Source: Candidatus Bathyarchaeia archaeon (lineage in GTDB: Archaea > Thermoproteota > Bathyarchaeia > Bathyarchaeales > Bathycorpusculaceae). Taken from it: a stretch of 64,000 bases of DNA. The translations under genes and the position numbers were made by a program. The stretch spans positions 19,702-83,701 of the forward strand of contig JBEKOM010000008.1 of the NCBI GenBank assembly GCA_049521795.1. Direction: 5' to 3'. Positions 49,492 to 59,521 of this stretch are shown piece after piece; within the stretch, counting starts at the first letter, position 1, and the number at the start of each line of letters is the position of its first letter. The notes beneath the pieces are model-generated. The model searched no databases, had not been told where the DNA came from, and saw only the letters and a list, made by a program, of their open reading frames with translations.

Positions 49492-49843
49492 TTCCTTCTC
49501 CGTCTCCCTTTGTTTCTATTTCTTAACTCACAAGGCCCTAATTAATAGTACATAGGGCGACCCAATATATACTGTATCACACGTATCCAGTATAGCAATT
49601 TGAATTTGCGAACAGTCTTCTGAAACATTAAAGGACGACGTGGACTGTAACAAAAGGCTTCGCGTATGCTGCATGAAAATGATTTTCCTGATCAGTTCCC
49701 GCTCTTGGCGTGTGTGGAAGATAAATCTGAACAAATTTTTTCTCTTCGTAACGATGGAAAAGAGCAGTCTGTTAGATTGTGCCACAAAATCCGGAATGCA
49801 GGTTTCAGAAGCAGGGTTCTACAAGACCGAATTTCGCTTTTGC

Positions 49844-50761
49844 TCAAGCTGTCTTTTTCATTTCTGTTATCGCGTCTTTTATTATGAAAGCAGATTTTTC
49901 AAAGTCCTTCTTCGCTTCCGCATCTAGCTTGAGCTCCAGAATTCTTTCAACGCCATTTTTTCCAAGGACGCAAGGGACACCGATCGAAAGGTCTGAATAG
50001 CCGTACTCGCCCTGCAAATAGGTGGAAACACTCATCACTCTGTTTCTGCCTCTCAAAACAGCATCGGCCATTATCGCAATGACAGCGGCAGGGGCGTAAA
50101 CTGTAGACCCTTTAAGCTTTATCACGTCTGAACCTGAAGCCCGGGTTAAGTTTACCACCTTTTCGATCTGGTCCTCGTCAAGCAATGTTGTTATCGGTAT
50201 TCCTGAAACGGAAGCGAAGTTCACGAGGGGGACCATGGAGTCCCCGTGTTCCCCAATCACTAAAGCGCGGATGTCCTCCCGTGAAACGCCCAGTTCCGAT
50301 GCGATGTAGGACCTGAAACGGAGAGTGTCAAGGATGTTTCCCATTCCGAAAACGCGGTTTCTTCTGAACCCTGACTCCTCGAAGGCAACGTAGGTCATCA
50401 CATCGACCGGATTAGTGACCATCATCAGCAGGCTGTCAGGAGCATACTTGACAACCTCTCTTACCACCGATTTGACTATCTTCGCGTTCTTGCTCAAGAG
50501 GTCAATTCGGCTCATTCCAGGCTGTCTGGCCAGACCAGCAGTCACGATCACGAGTTCTGAACCTTTCATTTCGCTAAAATCACTGGTGCCCTCAATCTTC
50601 CCATCAAACTCGATCGCAGGGGCCGCCTGCATCATATCCAAAGCCTCGCCCCGAGCCATGTTCTCAGCGATGTCTATCAGAACAACGTCGCTGATTCTGC
50701 GGCCTAGAATGTTGAAGGCAGCAGAACTTCCGACTTTTCCAGCGCCTACTATCGTGATCAT
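49844..50761 (-). CDS. mdh: Malate dehydrogenase (LDH-like)
   Basis: GAGKVG, TAGLARQPGMSRIDL, TNPVD, LDTLR, GEHGDS. Confidence 0.95.
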   Translation of the reverse strand: MITIVGAGKVGSSAAFNILGRRISDVVLIDIAENMARGEALDMMQAAPAIEFDGKIEGTSDFSEMKGSELVIVTAGLARQPGMSRIDLLSKNAKIVKSVVREVVKYAPDSLLMMVTNPVDVMTYVAFEESGFRRNRVFGMGNILDTLRFRSYIASELGVSREDIRALVIGEHGDSMVPLVNFASVSGIPITTLLDEDQIEKVVNLTRASGSDVIKLKGSTVYAPAAVIAIMADAVLRGRNRVMSVSTYLQGEYGYSDLSIGVPCVLGKNGVERILELKLDAEAKKDFEKSAFIIKDAITEMKKTA

Positions 50762-50880
50762 AGCTTACAAGTGACAAGCTGGTTTTACATAAACCTAACT
50801 AGAAATGCCGCAGAACAGGACCAAGAAAGCTTAATTAATCAAAATATTTCTTTACTCACTACGGCGCCTACGCCATGATA

Positions 50881-50988
50881 GCCCTGGTAGTATAGTCCGG
50901 TCACATTGATGAAAACAGCATCAATGTCGGAGTAGTATATGCGGCTGTCGCCCGCAGGACCCGGGTCCGAATCCCGGCCAGGGCGCCA
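50881..50988 (+). tRNA. tRNA-Asp(GTC) with a 32-nt D-loop intron at 20/21 (50902-50933) and encoded CCA
   Basis: GCCCTGG/CCAGGGC acceptor, TGCGG-CTGTCGC-CCGCA anticodon arm; BHB TCCG-GTC-ACATTGATG...CATCAATGT-CGGA-GTA. Confidence 0.93.
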
Positions 50989-50991
50989 CTT

Positions 50992-51561
50992 CTATAGAAG
51001 ATTTCCTCTGTAATGGACTGAGGCTGGGCATCCGAGGCATCTGTTGTTTGTGTAGAGAGTGCAGTTGCTGCAGTCGGTTTCGGTTTCGCATGGGATAGTC
51101 TTCTTTTTTTCCAGGATAGGTTTTATCGGAACGATGAAGTCTCTGATGGGTGTGACGATGAGATTGAACTCCATTTCTTTTATGAGAGGGTCATTTCTCA
51201 TGTGAGAGTCTACACATGACATTATGGACCTCATGTTCTCTCCGACTAGAAGGACCGTTAGGTTGTACTTTCCAGAAGTCAAGAAACTGTTCAGGTAGAG
51301 AGGACACTTGTCGAAGAAGCTTATGACATCCTCGGTGCCTGTTGTCACGATGTCCATTTTGGCAAGAAACAGCTGACTCTTCTTGATGTTTGTTCCAACC
51401 GAATAGGCCAGCACACCCGTTTCTTTGAGCTTGTGCAGTCTTGCGCTGATTGCAGGCTGCGAGATCTTCAACCCCTCCGAGAGTTCAAGCTGGGAGAGCT
51501 CTGGGTTTTCTGACAATGATCGCAAAATCTTTCTGTCGATTTCATCAATCCCTTTCAACAA
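50992..51561 (-). CDS. Lrp/AsnC transcriptional regulator with Cys-rich C-terminus
   Basis: IDEIDRKIL...SQPAISARLHKL HTH; TSGKYNL; C-x5-CxxC-x7-CxxC tail. Confidence 0.88.
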   Translation of the reverse strand: MLKGIDEIDRKILRSLSENPELSQLELSEGLKISQPAISARLHKLKETGVLAYSVGTNIKKSQLFLAKMDIVTTGTEDVISFFDKCPLYLNSFLTSGKYNLTVLLVGENMRSIMSCVDSHMRNDPLIKEMEFNLIVTPIRDFIVPIKPILEKKKTIPCETETDCSNCTLYTNNRCLGCPASVHYRGNLL

Positions 51562-51728
51562 GATGATTCTTCCCCTGCGAAGACAATTAGCTTGTTGCAA
51601 CTTCTACTTCTATAAGACATTCATTCTAGTTAATAAGTAAATCGCCACAACAACTTCTCAATGATAACCAAAACGCTTATGAGCACCAAGTAAGCACATT
51701 TACATAGAGGCTTTCTGGAGGTTAACCA

Positions 51729-52100
51729 ATGCCCGAAGTTGAATCATGGGAGAGCAAATGTTGTCGTTGTGAAGGCGAACCCAAGGTCGATGTGCATCCT
51801 GGAAAGAGAGCATGCCACGTAGCCTGCGGTTCTTGCCTCTACCCAGCAGATTGGTCTCGCTGTCAATCATGCGAGCTCGTGACTCATTGCATGTATGCTG
51901 TGGAATATCTTAGGAACATGAAAATGAAAAGCTCCGAGAAGGGATGCATGTTCAAAGACCAGCTGAACGGAGAAGAGAGCTTGTACCACGCATTAAACTT
52001 TGTCAATGCACAACAACAGCTTCTGAACACGCATGGTGAAAGACGATACATCAAAGAACTGAGAGAAGAAAACGCTGAAAGCAGATGCCTGAAAAGATAG
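51729..52100 (+). CDS. Cys-rich hypothetical protein
   Basis: GGAGG RBS; 11 Cys; divergent from the Lrp regulator. Confidence 0.7.
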   Translation: MPEVESWESKCCRCEGEPKVDVHPGKRACHVACGSCLYPADWSRCQSCELVTHCMYAVEYLRNMKMKSSEKGCMFKDQLNGEESLYHALNFVNAQQQLLNTHGERRYIKELREENAESRCLKR

Positions 52101-52181
52101 CATAATTCTTATCCGCTGCATGAAAGAGAAGTCGTAGCGACACATAGAAAATCTGAGAGTTAAGTGGTTTCTAGCAGTCGG

Positions 52182-52466
52182 CTAATCGTTCTTGCCTTCC
52201 TTTCTTTCCTGCTCGCCGACTAATTGCTTGAGCTTTTTTTCCATCTTCAGCTCGTATTCGTGTTCCTTCACAGGTGGAGGCAGGCCTTTTTTCTTGAAAA
52301 GAGAGTTTGGAGGAACGATTCGCTTCTCTCCAACCCTGACCTTGGTCTTTTTGCCGTAAACTTCATCTTCAAAAGGCTCCAGAGCCTCCACAACCCAGTT
52401 CCCACGACTTTCCGACAACACAGCGACCTTGTGCTTTCCCTTGTAGTAGCGAACTTCCCTGCTCAT
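52182..52466 (-). CDS. Small hypothetical protein
   Basis: GAGAGG RBS and TATA-like element upstream; natural composition. Confidence 0.7.
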   Translation of the reverse strand: MSREVRYYKGKHKVAVLSESRGNWVVEALEPFEDEVYGKKTKVRVGEKRIVPPNSLFKKKGLPPPVKEHEYELKMEKKLKQLVGEQERKEGKND

Positions 52467-52585
52467 GGCCTCTCACGCTAAAATGCTGACGCGGCTGAAC
52501 CTTATAAAACGCACGTTCCATAATAGCCAAGACCTGCCCAGAAAACATAAGAACAGGTTTAGACCATCTTCTGGATTGATAAACG

Positions 52586-53941
52586 TTGACGCTTTCTCAA
52601 GTACGGAATGAAAAAAAGTTTTCAGACACCTGGTTACACGATGTTCTCAAAAGCACCGGCGCAGTCCAAGATGAAATTCCAACGATCACTGCCAAATCCT
52701 CGCGAAGTGGTCTGTGCGTGGTCTGCAAGGGTTCAAGACTCTTGTGCGGCAAGACACGATGCCCGATAATTGTGAAGGTCAACTATTACTTGAAAAGTGT
52801 GCCTTTGATGAGCAGCGAAGACATCGCCGGCGCCTCACCGCCAAGCGTCTTCATCGGCAGAATTGGATATCCAAACGTTTATGCAGGACCACTGGTCCCG
52901 CCCGTGCAAGATGACACGAGCATTTATGACCTGCCGGAACTCTGGTTTGGAAAATCCATAGATGAAATCGTGGCTTTCCGCTCGATGCTGATTCGAGGCA
53001 AACAGAGAGTGCACGTTCAGAAGTTCAACGAAGCAGGAAAAATAATTCAGAAGACCCGCGAACTGGCCCTGGCTATTAAGCCAGTGGATGTTGAATTGTT
53101 CTTGACCAAGAAGCCTCATGGTTCCATATTCTTGAGCGACGAAGTCCAACCTTTTGGGCCCTCGGCTCCAATCAGAGATTTGAACGTTGGCAATACGAGA
53201 TGGGATCAGCACGTGGAAAAAGTGTACTCGGACACCGACCTGAAGGCTGTCCAAGCAGTGCTTGAACTCTATGGAAAGGGTGTGTTCGAAACGAAAATTC
53301 AAAGGGCCTTCAGCGTCGGAGCCTTCGGCATCGAGAAGAACCGCAGGTTCGTGCCAACACGCTGGAGCATAACGGCTGTGGATGACATCATTTCAAAAAA
53401 TCTCATGAGCCAAGTCAGAGAATTTCCTGAGATCAACGAGTTCCGCGTTTATGAATCTAACTACCTTGACAACGTCTTCGAAGTCCTCATGATACCACGG
53501 GAATGGTGTTATGAAGCGATCGAAGCCTGGTACCCAGGCACCGTTTGGAACCCAGATGGAGAACAGGTTGTCATGTTCGGTGATTGGGAGGGCCATGATG
53601 GTAGAACCTCCTATGCAGAGATAGGTGGATGTTACTACGCAGCACGCTTGGCGGTCTGCGAGCTGCTGGTGAAGGCAAGAAGGCAAGCGTCGGTTATCGT
53701 TCTGCGGGAAGCTCACCCTGGCTACATCATGCCGGTTGGAGTGTGGCAGGTCCGAGAAAACGTGAGACATGCCATGGGCCAAAAGCCATTAACCTTCAAC
53801 ACGCTAAACGAGGCATTGGAAACGATTGCAAGCAGGTTCAAGATCCCTCTTCAGAGCTGGATAAGACAGAGCCAACTCATCCGCAACGCCTTGTTCCAAA
53901 AACGAATAACAGACTTTCTAAGCACACCCAAGCCTGACTGA
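52586..53941 (+). CDS. nreA: Nre-family archaeal DNA repair protein
   Basis: CVVCKG..LLCG...CP, SPPSVFIG..GYP, VPTRWSITAVD, GGCYYAARL, VGVWQVRE; PIP box QKRITDF. Confidence 0.92.
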   Translation: MTLSQVRNEKKFSDTWLHDVLKSTGAVQDEIPTITAKSSRSGLCVVCKGSRLLCGKTRCPIIVKVNYYLKSVPLMSSEDIAGASPPSVFIGRIGYPNVYAGPLVPPVQDDTSIYDLPELWFGKSIDEIVAFRSMLIRGKQRVHVQKFNEAGKIIQKTRELALAIKPVDVELFLTKKPHGSIFLSDEVQPFGPSAPIRDLNVGNTRWDQHVEKVYSDTDLKAVQAVLELYGKGVFETKIQRAFSVGAFGIEKNRRFVPTRWSITAVDDIISKNLMSQVREFPEINEFRVYESNYLDNVFEVLMIPREWCYEAIEAWYPGTVWNPDGEQVVMFGDWEGHDGRTSYAEIGGCYYAARLAVCELLVKARRQASVIVLREAHPGYIMPVGVWQVRENVRHAMGQKPLTFNTLNEALETIASRFKIPLQSWIRQSQLIRNALFQKRITDFLSTPKPD

Positions 53942-54012
53942 CACGGAGGACAGTGTCCTTTTCCCGGCCGAAGCCTGTTCCAGCAAGCCTGCTGAGCTTC
54001 CTGTTTCATCCT

Positions 54013-54441
54013 CTAACTCTGCACGCGCTCTCTCTCCAGGATCCAGGTTGACACGTCCTTCCTGATCTCGTCTTCGTCCATAAACTTTGACTTAGTCGCA
54101 TCTTTCTCCGCTCTGGCCTTCTTGTCGTATTCTTCAACTCGCTTGTTAGTTGCGGTGACCAGCCCCTCAAGCCAGCGAAGCTTCTCCTCCACCCTGTCAC
54201 GAGTGGTCACAAGCTTTATTGCTCTTCCCACGACTAGGACTTTCCTGTCCCAAAAGTCTAAGCTAGACCACAACTCTTGTTCAAACAGCGTATGCCAAAC
54301 GTAGGAAGGATCGGAATCCAATGGCAAAGTTATGATGTAGGCTATTGGATGGAACGGGTCCTTCTGTATGTCAACATGGGCCGGGTCGGCCGGATGTTTG
54401 ATATTTACCTTTTCTGCCAGTTCTGCCAACTGTGACTCCAA
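54013..54441 (-). CDS. Hypothetical protein
   Basis: 142-aa ORF filling the gap; coiled C-terminus. Confidence 0.65.
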   Translation of the reverse strand: MESQLAELAEKVNIKHPADPAHVDIQKDPFHPIAYIITLPLDSDPSYVWHTLFEQELWSSLDFWDRKVLVVGRAIKLVTTRDRVEEKLRWLEGLVTATNKRVEEYDKKARAEKDATKSKFMDEDEIRKDVSTWILERERVQS

Positions 54442-54585
54442 CTTAATCTAAGCTGGTCTCAAAAGTCAAAGCTTGCGTCCCAATGATAGAACACGTCTAA
54501 AAAGGGACTCTTGAAAACAATTCCTGATTTCAGAGAACACGCGATTCCGAGTTTCTCGTATCTTCACAACAGTCTGAAGTTGATG

Positions 54586-55128
54586 CTATTTATCGTGAAG
54601 CTCCGCCATCTTTGTGTATCTTTCCATAGAAGAAGTCACAATTGCACATGCATCCTTGACGCTCTTCCACTCTCTGAACTTTGCCCATTTGATCGGCTCC
54701 AGCCTCTTGTACGTTTCAAAGAACTCTTGAATCTCTCTGAGTCTTTGCGGATGTACGTCTGGAATGTCGCGGTAACCGTCGAATCTTGCGTCGCTAACTG
54801 GGACAGAAAGAATCTTTGCGTCCTCCCCTTTTTCGTCTTCAACGACCAATGCTCCTATCGTTCTCACCTTGACTATGCAGCCAACCTCAAGCGATTCATA
54901 GCTGAGACACATTATGTCGAGCGGATCATCATCCTCCGCCCAAGTCTGCGGTACAAAACCGTACTCCACTGGAAAAACCACAGATGAAGGTATTACCCTG
55001 TCCAAAACGAACGCCTCCCACTCAGAGCGAAACTCGTACTTGTCTCTTGACCCACTCGCAACCTCAATCACGACATTCAAAAGCGTCGGAGGCTTGTCAC
55101 CCGAAGGAATATCCTTCCAAACATTCAT
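54586..55128 (-). CDS. ppa: Inorganic pyrophosphatase (family I)
   Basis: KYE, LDR, YGFVPQT, DDDPLD, D..GED.K, FFETYK.LE. Confidence 0.95.
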   Translation of the reverse strand: MNVWKDIPSGDKPPTLLNVVIEVASGSRDKYEFRSEWEAFVLDRVIPSSVVFPVEYGFVPQTWAEDDDPLDIMCLSYESLEVGCIVKVRTIGALVVEDEKGEDAKILSVPVSDARFDGYRDIPDVHPQRLREIQEFFETYKRLEPIKWAKFREWKSVKDACAIVTSSMERYTKMAELHDK

Positions 55129-55299
55129 TACGATCAGCACCTATGACAAAAAGTCACACCGACTAATCTGTTTTTCCCGAGAACACGCTGCGCTGAATAG
55201 TCAACCTTCTCATTTCTGCTATGACTTAATCAACCTCACTCACGATGAATCCAATGGACAAGAAAGGGAAGGGGAATATCTTAGAAGACTGTTGCAAAT

Positions 55300-56088
55300 T
55301 TAGGTTTCCTTGAAAAACTCGGCCAACTTCTTTGTCTCAGCTCGAGAAAGTACCTCGGCGCATTTTCTTGGATCCACGTGCCTAAACTCCAGACCAAGAG
55401 TCGTGAGGATTCTCTGGACGTCTTTTGCGATGCTTGGGGCTACGAGTATTCCACGAACCGGGCGGTCTGCCCGCGTTCTTATCGCTTCAATGTATCTTGC
55501 AAGCTGCAGAGCTGCGGCTTTTCCAGCTGTCTTGCGTTTAATCTCCACCACAACGAGCTTTCCGTCCTTGTCCTGGCCATAGACATCGACGAAGCCTGGT
55601 TCAATCTTCTTTTCATACGTTATGGGTCTGAAGCCTTCCTCTAAGAGGTCAGGTCTGAGCAAAATGGCTTTTTGCATGTCCTCTTCACTTGCGTAGAGCG
55701 AAAACTCTCCCGAGTCGACCAAGGCAAGCGAGGCGACGAGCTGAATCTCGTCAAACAAGACCGTGACGGTCTCAAGAGGCTTTTGCCTCAAGGCACGGAT
55801 CTCCAAGATCTTGCCCTTGACGTGTACGTTGAAGACCACGTCCCCACCGGGCATCCAGTTGACCGGTTCGTAACCTGCCGAACGATGAACGAGCAGCGAA
55901 CCGTCTGCCTTCACGATCAGGATGCGTTCTCCCGGGCCAAGCCTAGATTTTGCCCTGCCAAGATAGTTTACCCAGCATCTGCCGATGACAAGCAGGGTGT
56001 TGTTACGTGACACGGCCTCCTTGACAGGATTTTCAGCCTCTTCAACACTAGGATCAACCAGCACCGTTGGAAGCTTTGAACCTGGCAT
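55300..56088 (-). CDS. nucS: Endonuclease NucS/EndoMS
   Basis: Y.GRAKS.L, KADGSLLVH, PVNW, EEDM, GFVD, VVEIKR, QLARY, RGILVAP. Confidence 0.94.
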   Translation of the reverse strand: MPGSKLPTVLVDPSVEEAENPVKEAVSRNNTLLVIGRCWVNYLGRAKSRLGPGERILIVKADGSLLVHRSAGYEPVNWMPGGDVVFNVHVKGKILEIRALRQKPLETVTVLFDEIQLVASLALVDSGEFSLYASEEDMQKAILLRPDLLEEGFRPITYEKKIEPGFVDVYGQDKDGKLVVVEIKRKTAGKAAALQLARYIEAIRTRADRPVRGILVAPSIAKDVQRILTTLGLEFRHVDPRKCAEVLSRAETKKLAEFFKET

Positions 56089-56146
56089 TTTCCTCGCCAA
56101 TAGCTTTAGAAGACATGTGCACTCATAAAATTTCTGAAGGGTTTGA

Positions 56147-56743
56147 ATGCTCGGTTGGCACAAGAAACGCAGAGTCATGCTTTGCTACGATACGACGGCA
56201 ACCATTTACGAAAAGCGCTACGCTGAGGAGCAAGCAGCCAAGGTTGAAGCCGCTTTGAAACACGTGAAAATCGAAAAAGAAGGGCTGATTTTGGACGTCG
56301 GCTGTGGAACCGGCATCCTCTTTGACTATATCACCAACGAAGCAAATGGAGTTGTCGGCCTTGACTTTTCCAAGAAATGCCTTCTCCAAGCAAGGGAGCG
56401 CATACGCAACAAGCGCCTGCGAGATGTGCAGCTGATCCAAGCAGATGCAGACAACATGCCCTTTCACAACGAAGCCTTCAACACGGTTTTCGCCATGACA
56501 ATCCTGCAAAACACGCCAAGCCCCAACGAGACATTAGCGGAAATCAAACGCGTCTCAGGAAACAACGCCCTTTTTGTGATTACCGGTTTGAAGAAAATCT
56601 TCACCAAGGAGGGTTTTGAACAACTGTTGAAGAATTCTCAGTTAAACACTCTTGTGCTTGAGGACGAAAAACTGAAGTGCTACGTTGCTGTATGCACCAA
56701 CTCGCCTATCCTTGGCCTTTCTGCGAGCCAAAAAGAGATTTGA
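56147..56743 (+). CDS. Class I SAM-dependent methyltransferase
   Basis: YD.TA..YE.RY.EEQ..K, LDVGCGTG, ADADNMPF. Confidence 0.88.
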   Translation: MLGWHKKRRVMLCYDTTATIYEKRYAEEQAAKVEAALKHVKIEKEGLILDVGCGTGILFDYITNEANGVVGLDFSKKCLLQARERIRNKRLRDVQLIQADADNMPFHNEAFNTVFAMTILQNTPSPNETLAEIKRVSGNNALFVITGLKKIFTKEGFEQLLKNSQLNTLVLEDEKLKCYVAVCTNSPILGLSASQKEI

Positions 56744-57090
56744 AAGCCGTAGTGAGCCCGCAATGCACAAGAAGAATGAGAACCCAACCTGTGATCAAGC
56801 ACTACTATATCAACTGACTGCAAGAGTGCATTTCACCATTGCGCCGGGCAAAATCAACCTAGACAACTTCACCCAAAACGGAGCTGAAGACACTGTTATC
56901 GCATCGATAGCCGCCTCAATGTCGCGCACCGGATTTTGAGAAACCCTTCGATAAAGCTGTGATTATCATACATTTGCACACTATACCTCGCTCCGTCTGC
57001 GGGATGCCCTTGCGCCTTATGATTGATTTGCAGGGCTGGCAAAACCTAAATATGTGCAGGGCTTCTTTTGGTTCAAGGAGAGATTACACG

Positions 57091-57954
57091 ATGCATGCAA
57101 ATGAGACTCCTGCCTCTTCAGAGACTCCTCCTCCAGCAGAACAACCAGCCTCACTGCCGCCACCTAGCAAGAGGTCTAGAAAGAAGATCTATGCCGTCTT
57201 GGGGATTGTTGCGGTTGTGACTGTTGCTTCAGCTCTTGTCTTTGCGTTTTTGGTTCCGCAAAGCTCAGGCACAATCATACCGTTGAGCTACAACTTCACT
57301 GTGGGAGACACCATGACCTACAACGTGACGGCAAATGAAACAACGATGGGCCGGAATTCCGTCTCGATTATGACGTTGAACATGGACATCGTCAGTTTTG
57401 ACGGTGAAAACTACACCATCAACGAGACGTTCAGCGTTTCGTTACTAGGACCTCAGAGCTATTCTCTCACCGAGAAGATGAACAAGACAGGGTATTTTAC
57501 AATCACTTATATTTCAGGTCTTCCGGCTGGAATGAACCAGACGAATTCTGCGGGCAACGGCCCGCTGGGGTTTGGCACATTTTTCCTGAAGGGTCAGGCT
57601 AGGGTGGGAGAAACCTGGCAGGTTCCAATGGGTCTAAGTAACTTGGCGAACATTGGTCCGCCGGGAAACTTGACTTACAAGTTTGGCGACATTCAAAACA
57701 TAACCGTGCCAGCAGGCACGTACAAGGTTTTCAGGATAGACGTTTCAGGCAGCAACCTTACCATGAGTTCCACCATGGCTGGTGTTTCATTCTCTATGAA
57801 CATGAGCCTTAGCGGCCAGGAATACCTCGAGTACGGGACTTGCCGGCCGATTGATTTTAACCTTCAAGAAAGTGCCTCCAGTCAGTCTGGTGGACAGAAT
57901 TCTACAATGACCTCTTATATTCAGATGATACTCGCACAGGACAGCAGGCATTAG
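57091..57954 (+). CDS. Membrane-anchored beta-rich surface protein
   Basis: AGGAG RBS, Pro-rich N-terminus, TM helix, ITVPAGTY motif, many sequons. Confidence 0.78.
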   Translation: MHANETPASSETPPPAEQPASLPPPSKRSRKKIYAVLGIVAVVTVASALVFAFLVPQSSGTIIPLSYNFTVGDTMTYNVTANETTMGRNSVSIMTLNMDIVSFDGENYTINETFSVSLLGPQSYSLTEKMNKTGYFTITYISGLPAGMNQTNSAGNGPLGFGTFFLKGQARVGETWQVPMGLSNLANIGPPGNLTYKFGDIQNITVPAGTYKVFRIDVSGSNLTMSSTMAGVSFSMNMSLSGQEYLEYGTCRPIDFNLQESASSQSGGQNSTMTSYIQMILAQDSRH

Positions 57955-58299
57955 AAACGCGTTATGAAGCTCGACGAGGGAAGCGCGCGCTAGGGCGTCA
58001 ATAGAATTCGGGCAACATCAAAGGTATCGTGGATGGGCTCTCTTGTGGACTGGAGCATACTCGACATAATCGGCCTGCCCGCATAGGAGTCTCCCACAAG
58101 AACGTCGTTTACGAACTGCACCTTGTCTAACCTAGTCGATCGATGCATGCGCCGACACGAAGTGATTTTCATTTTCACTACAATGCCCGGCTAGGCGCCA
58201 TCCTGATAATGGAAAACGGTCAGTTTGCCCGGTTCTTTAGAAAATTATAATAGCATTAGTCAACAACTAGAGCGCGTCTCGTGAGCTAAAAAAGGACTC

Positions 58300-59229
58300 G
58301 TGAAAGGAATGAAGAGAACTTCCATAGTTTACGTGATTCTGTGCACTTTGATTCTCTGTTCAGTCGTCAGCATGCAAAGGGCAAACGCCTCGATAACTAA
58401 TTACAACTGGATCGGCACTATGGTTCGAAACAGTTTCGACAATTTCTACGGCGCACCCGTCACGGCCTATGAGGAAAACACGACGGCCAACCTCGTCGTA
58501 AACGTCTACAACGACATCTTCGGTGTTCAAATAAACGTCTCAGCCGTGACAGTCGGTTTCGACTGGGGCGTGAACTACACGTCAAGCCAGTGCAGCATTA
58601 CCAACCCATATGCCATACAGCCGTCTCAATCAAACGTCTTTACGATAACCTTTACGGTTCCATCCGTGCTAATAGCCTCCAACTTCGTCACACACAGCTA
58701 CATTATCTACGTGGAGCACGTGAACAGCACAACCGGGAACAAAGGTATAGTGAGCACTTGGACAAGAAGTGGCGATAGCTTCGCTGTATTCTCCTCCGAC
58801 CAGGCAGACGCCTATAACTATAAGCAGCAAGTCGACGCCTATCCGACTACCTCTATCAACGGCATTCCCATCCTAACCGCGAAAGCAAGAGAACTGATTG
58901 TGCAGTCCAACGTCGCCAAAACCCTAGCAGGCAACTATTATGTGCAAGGAGACTTTACCAACGCCAAGAAATACTACGGAGACTCGCTGAACGACATTCA
59001 AGAAGCCTATTCAAACGACACAGACCAACTGTCCTCTATTGAAAACTCGCTCGCAAACCTCTTAAAAAGCGGAGGCGAGCTACTGACCTACCAAGGATAC
59101 TCGTGGCTCATCTTCGGAATCGGCTTCCTCCTAATGGGCATCGGCGTCGTCGTATACTTAACCAGAAAACGACCGCAGCCAATGATAAGCCAACAAACAA
59201 GCCCACCGTCGAGCCCCCCAACCTCCTAA
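58300..59229 (+). CDS. Secreted protein with C-terminal membrane anchor
   Basis: Signal peptide, Ig-like then helical region, TM + RKR + Pro tail. Confidence 0.82.
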   Translation: MKGMKRTSIVYVILCTLILCSVVSMQRANASITNYNWIGTMVRNSFDNFYGAPVTAYEENTTANLVVNVYNDIFGVQINVSAVTVGFDWGVNYTSSQCSITNPYAIQPSQSNVFTITFTVPSVLIASNFVTHSYIIYVEHVNSTTGNKGIVSTWTRSGDSFAVFSSDQADAYNYKQQVDAYPTTSINGIPILTAKARELIVQSNVAKTLAGNYYVQGDFTNAKKYYGDSLNDIQEAYSNDTDQLSSIENSLANLLKSGGELLTYQGYSWLIFGIGFLLMGIGVVVYLTRKRPQPMISQQTSPPSSPPTS

Positions 59230-59521
59230 CAACCCCTTTTTTCTTCTCTTCTCGAAAAACAAGTCCATAGGCGTCATTCCCATCTTGCAAGTGCAAAGCC
59301 GTGCTCCTCACAAGATCCGAAGGCGAGATGTTGCGCGCGCTAATCAATTAGAATTGCAAGTTTCTTTTGAAGAAAAAGGGGAGAACTGAGCGGGAAAAGT
59401 GGAGACTTCCGCGAACAGGGCAATACTTTTTGAATCACTGTGAACGTGAGCGCACCGACACAATCGAGCTCACACGTTTTATATAGTCAGCTAATCAGTC
59501 TTTCTAGAACAAGGCGCCGGC

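Noticed and set aside
57990-58178. ORF with VLVGDSYAG, resembling an alpha/beta-hydrolase nucleophile elbow
   Set aside because: A single short motif with no other hydrolase elements; at best a tiny remnant.
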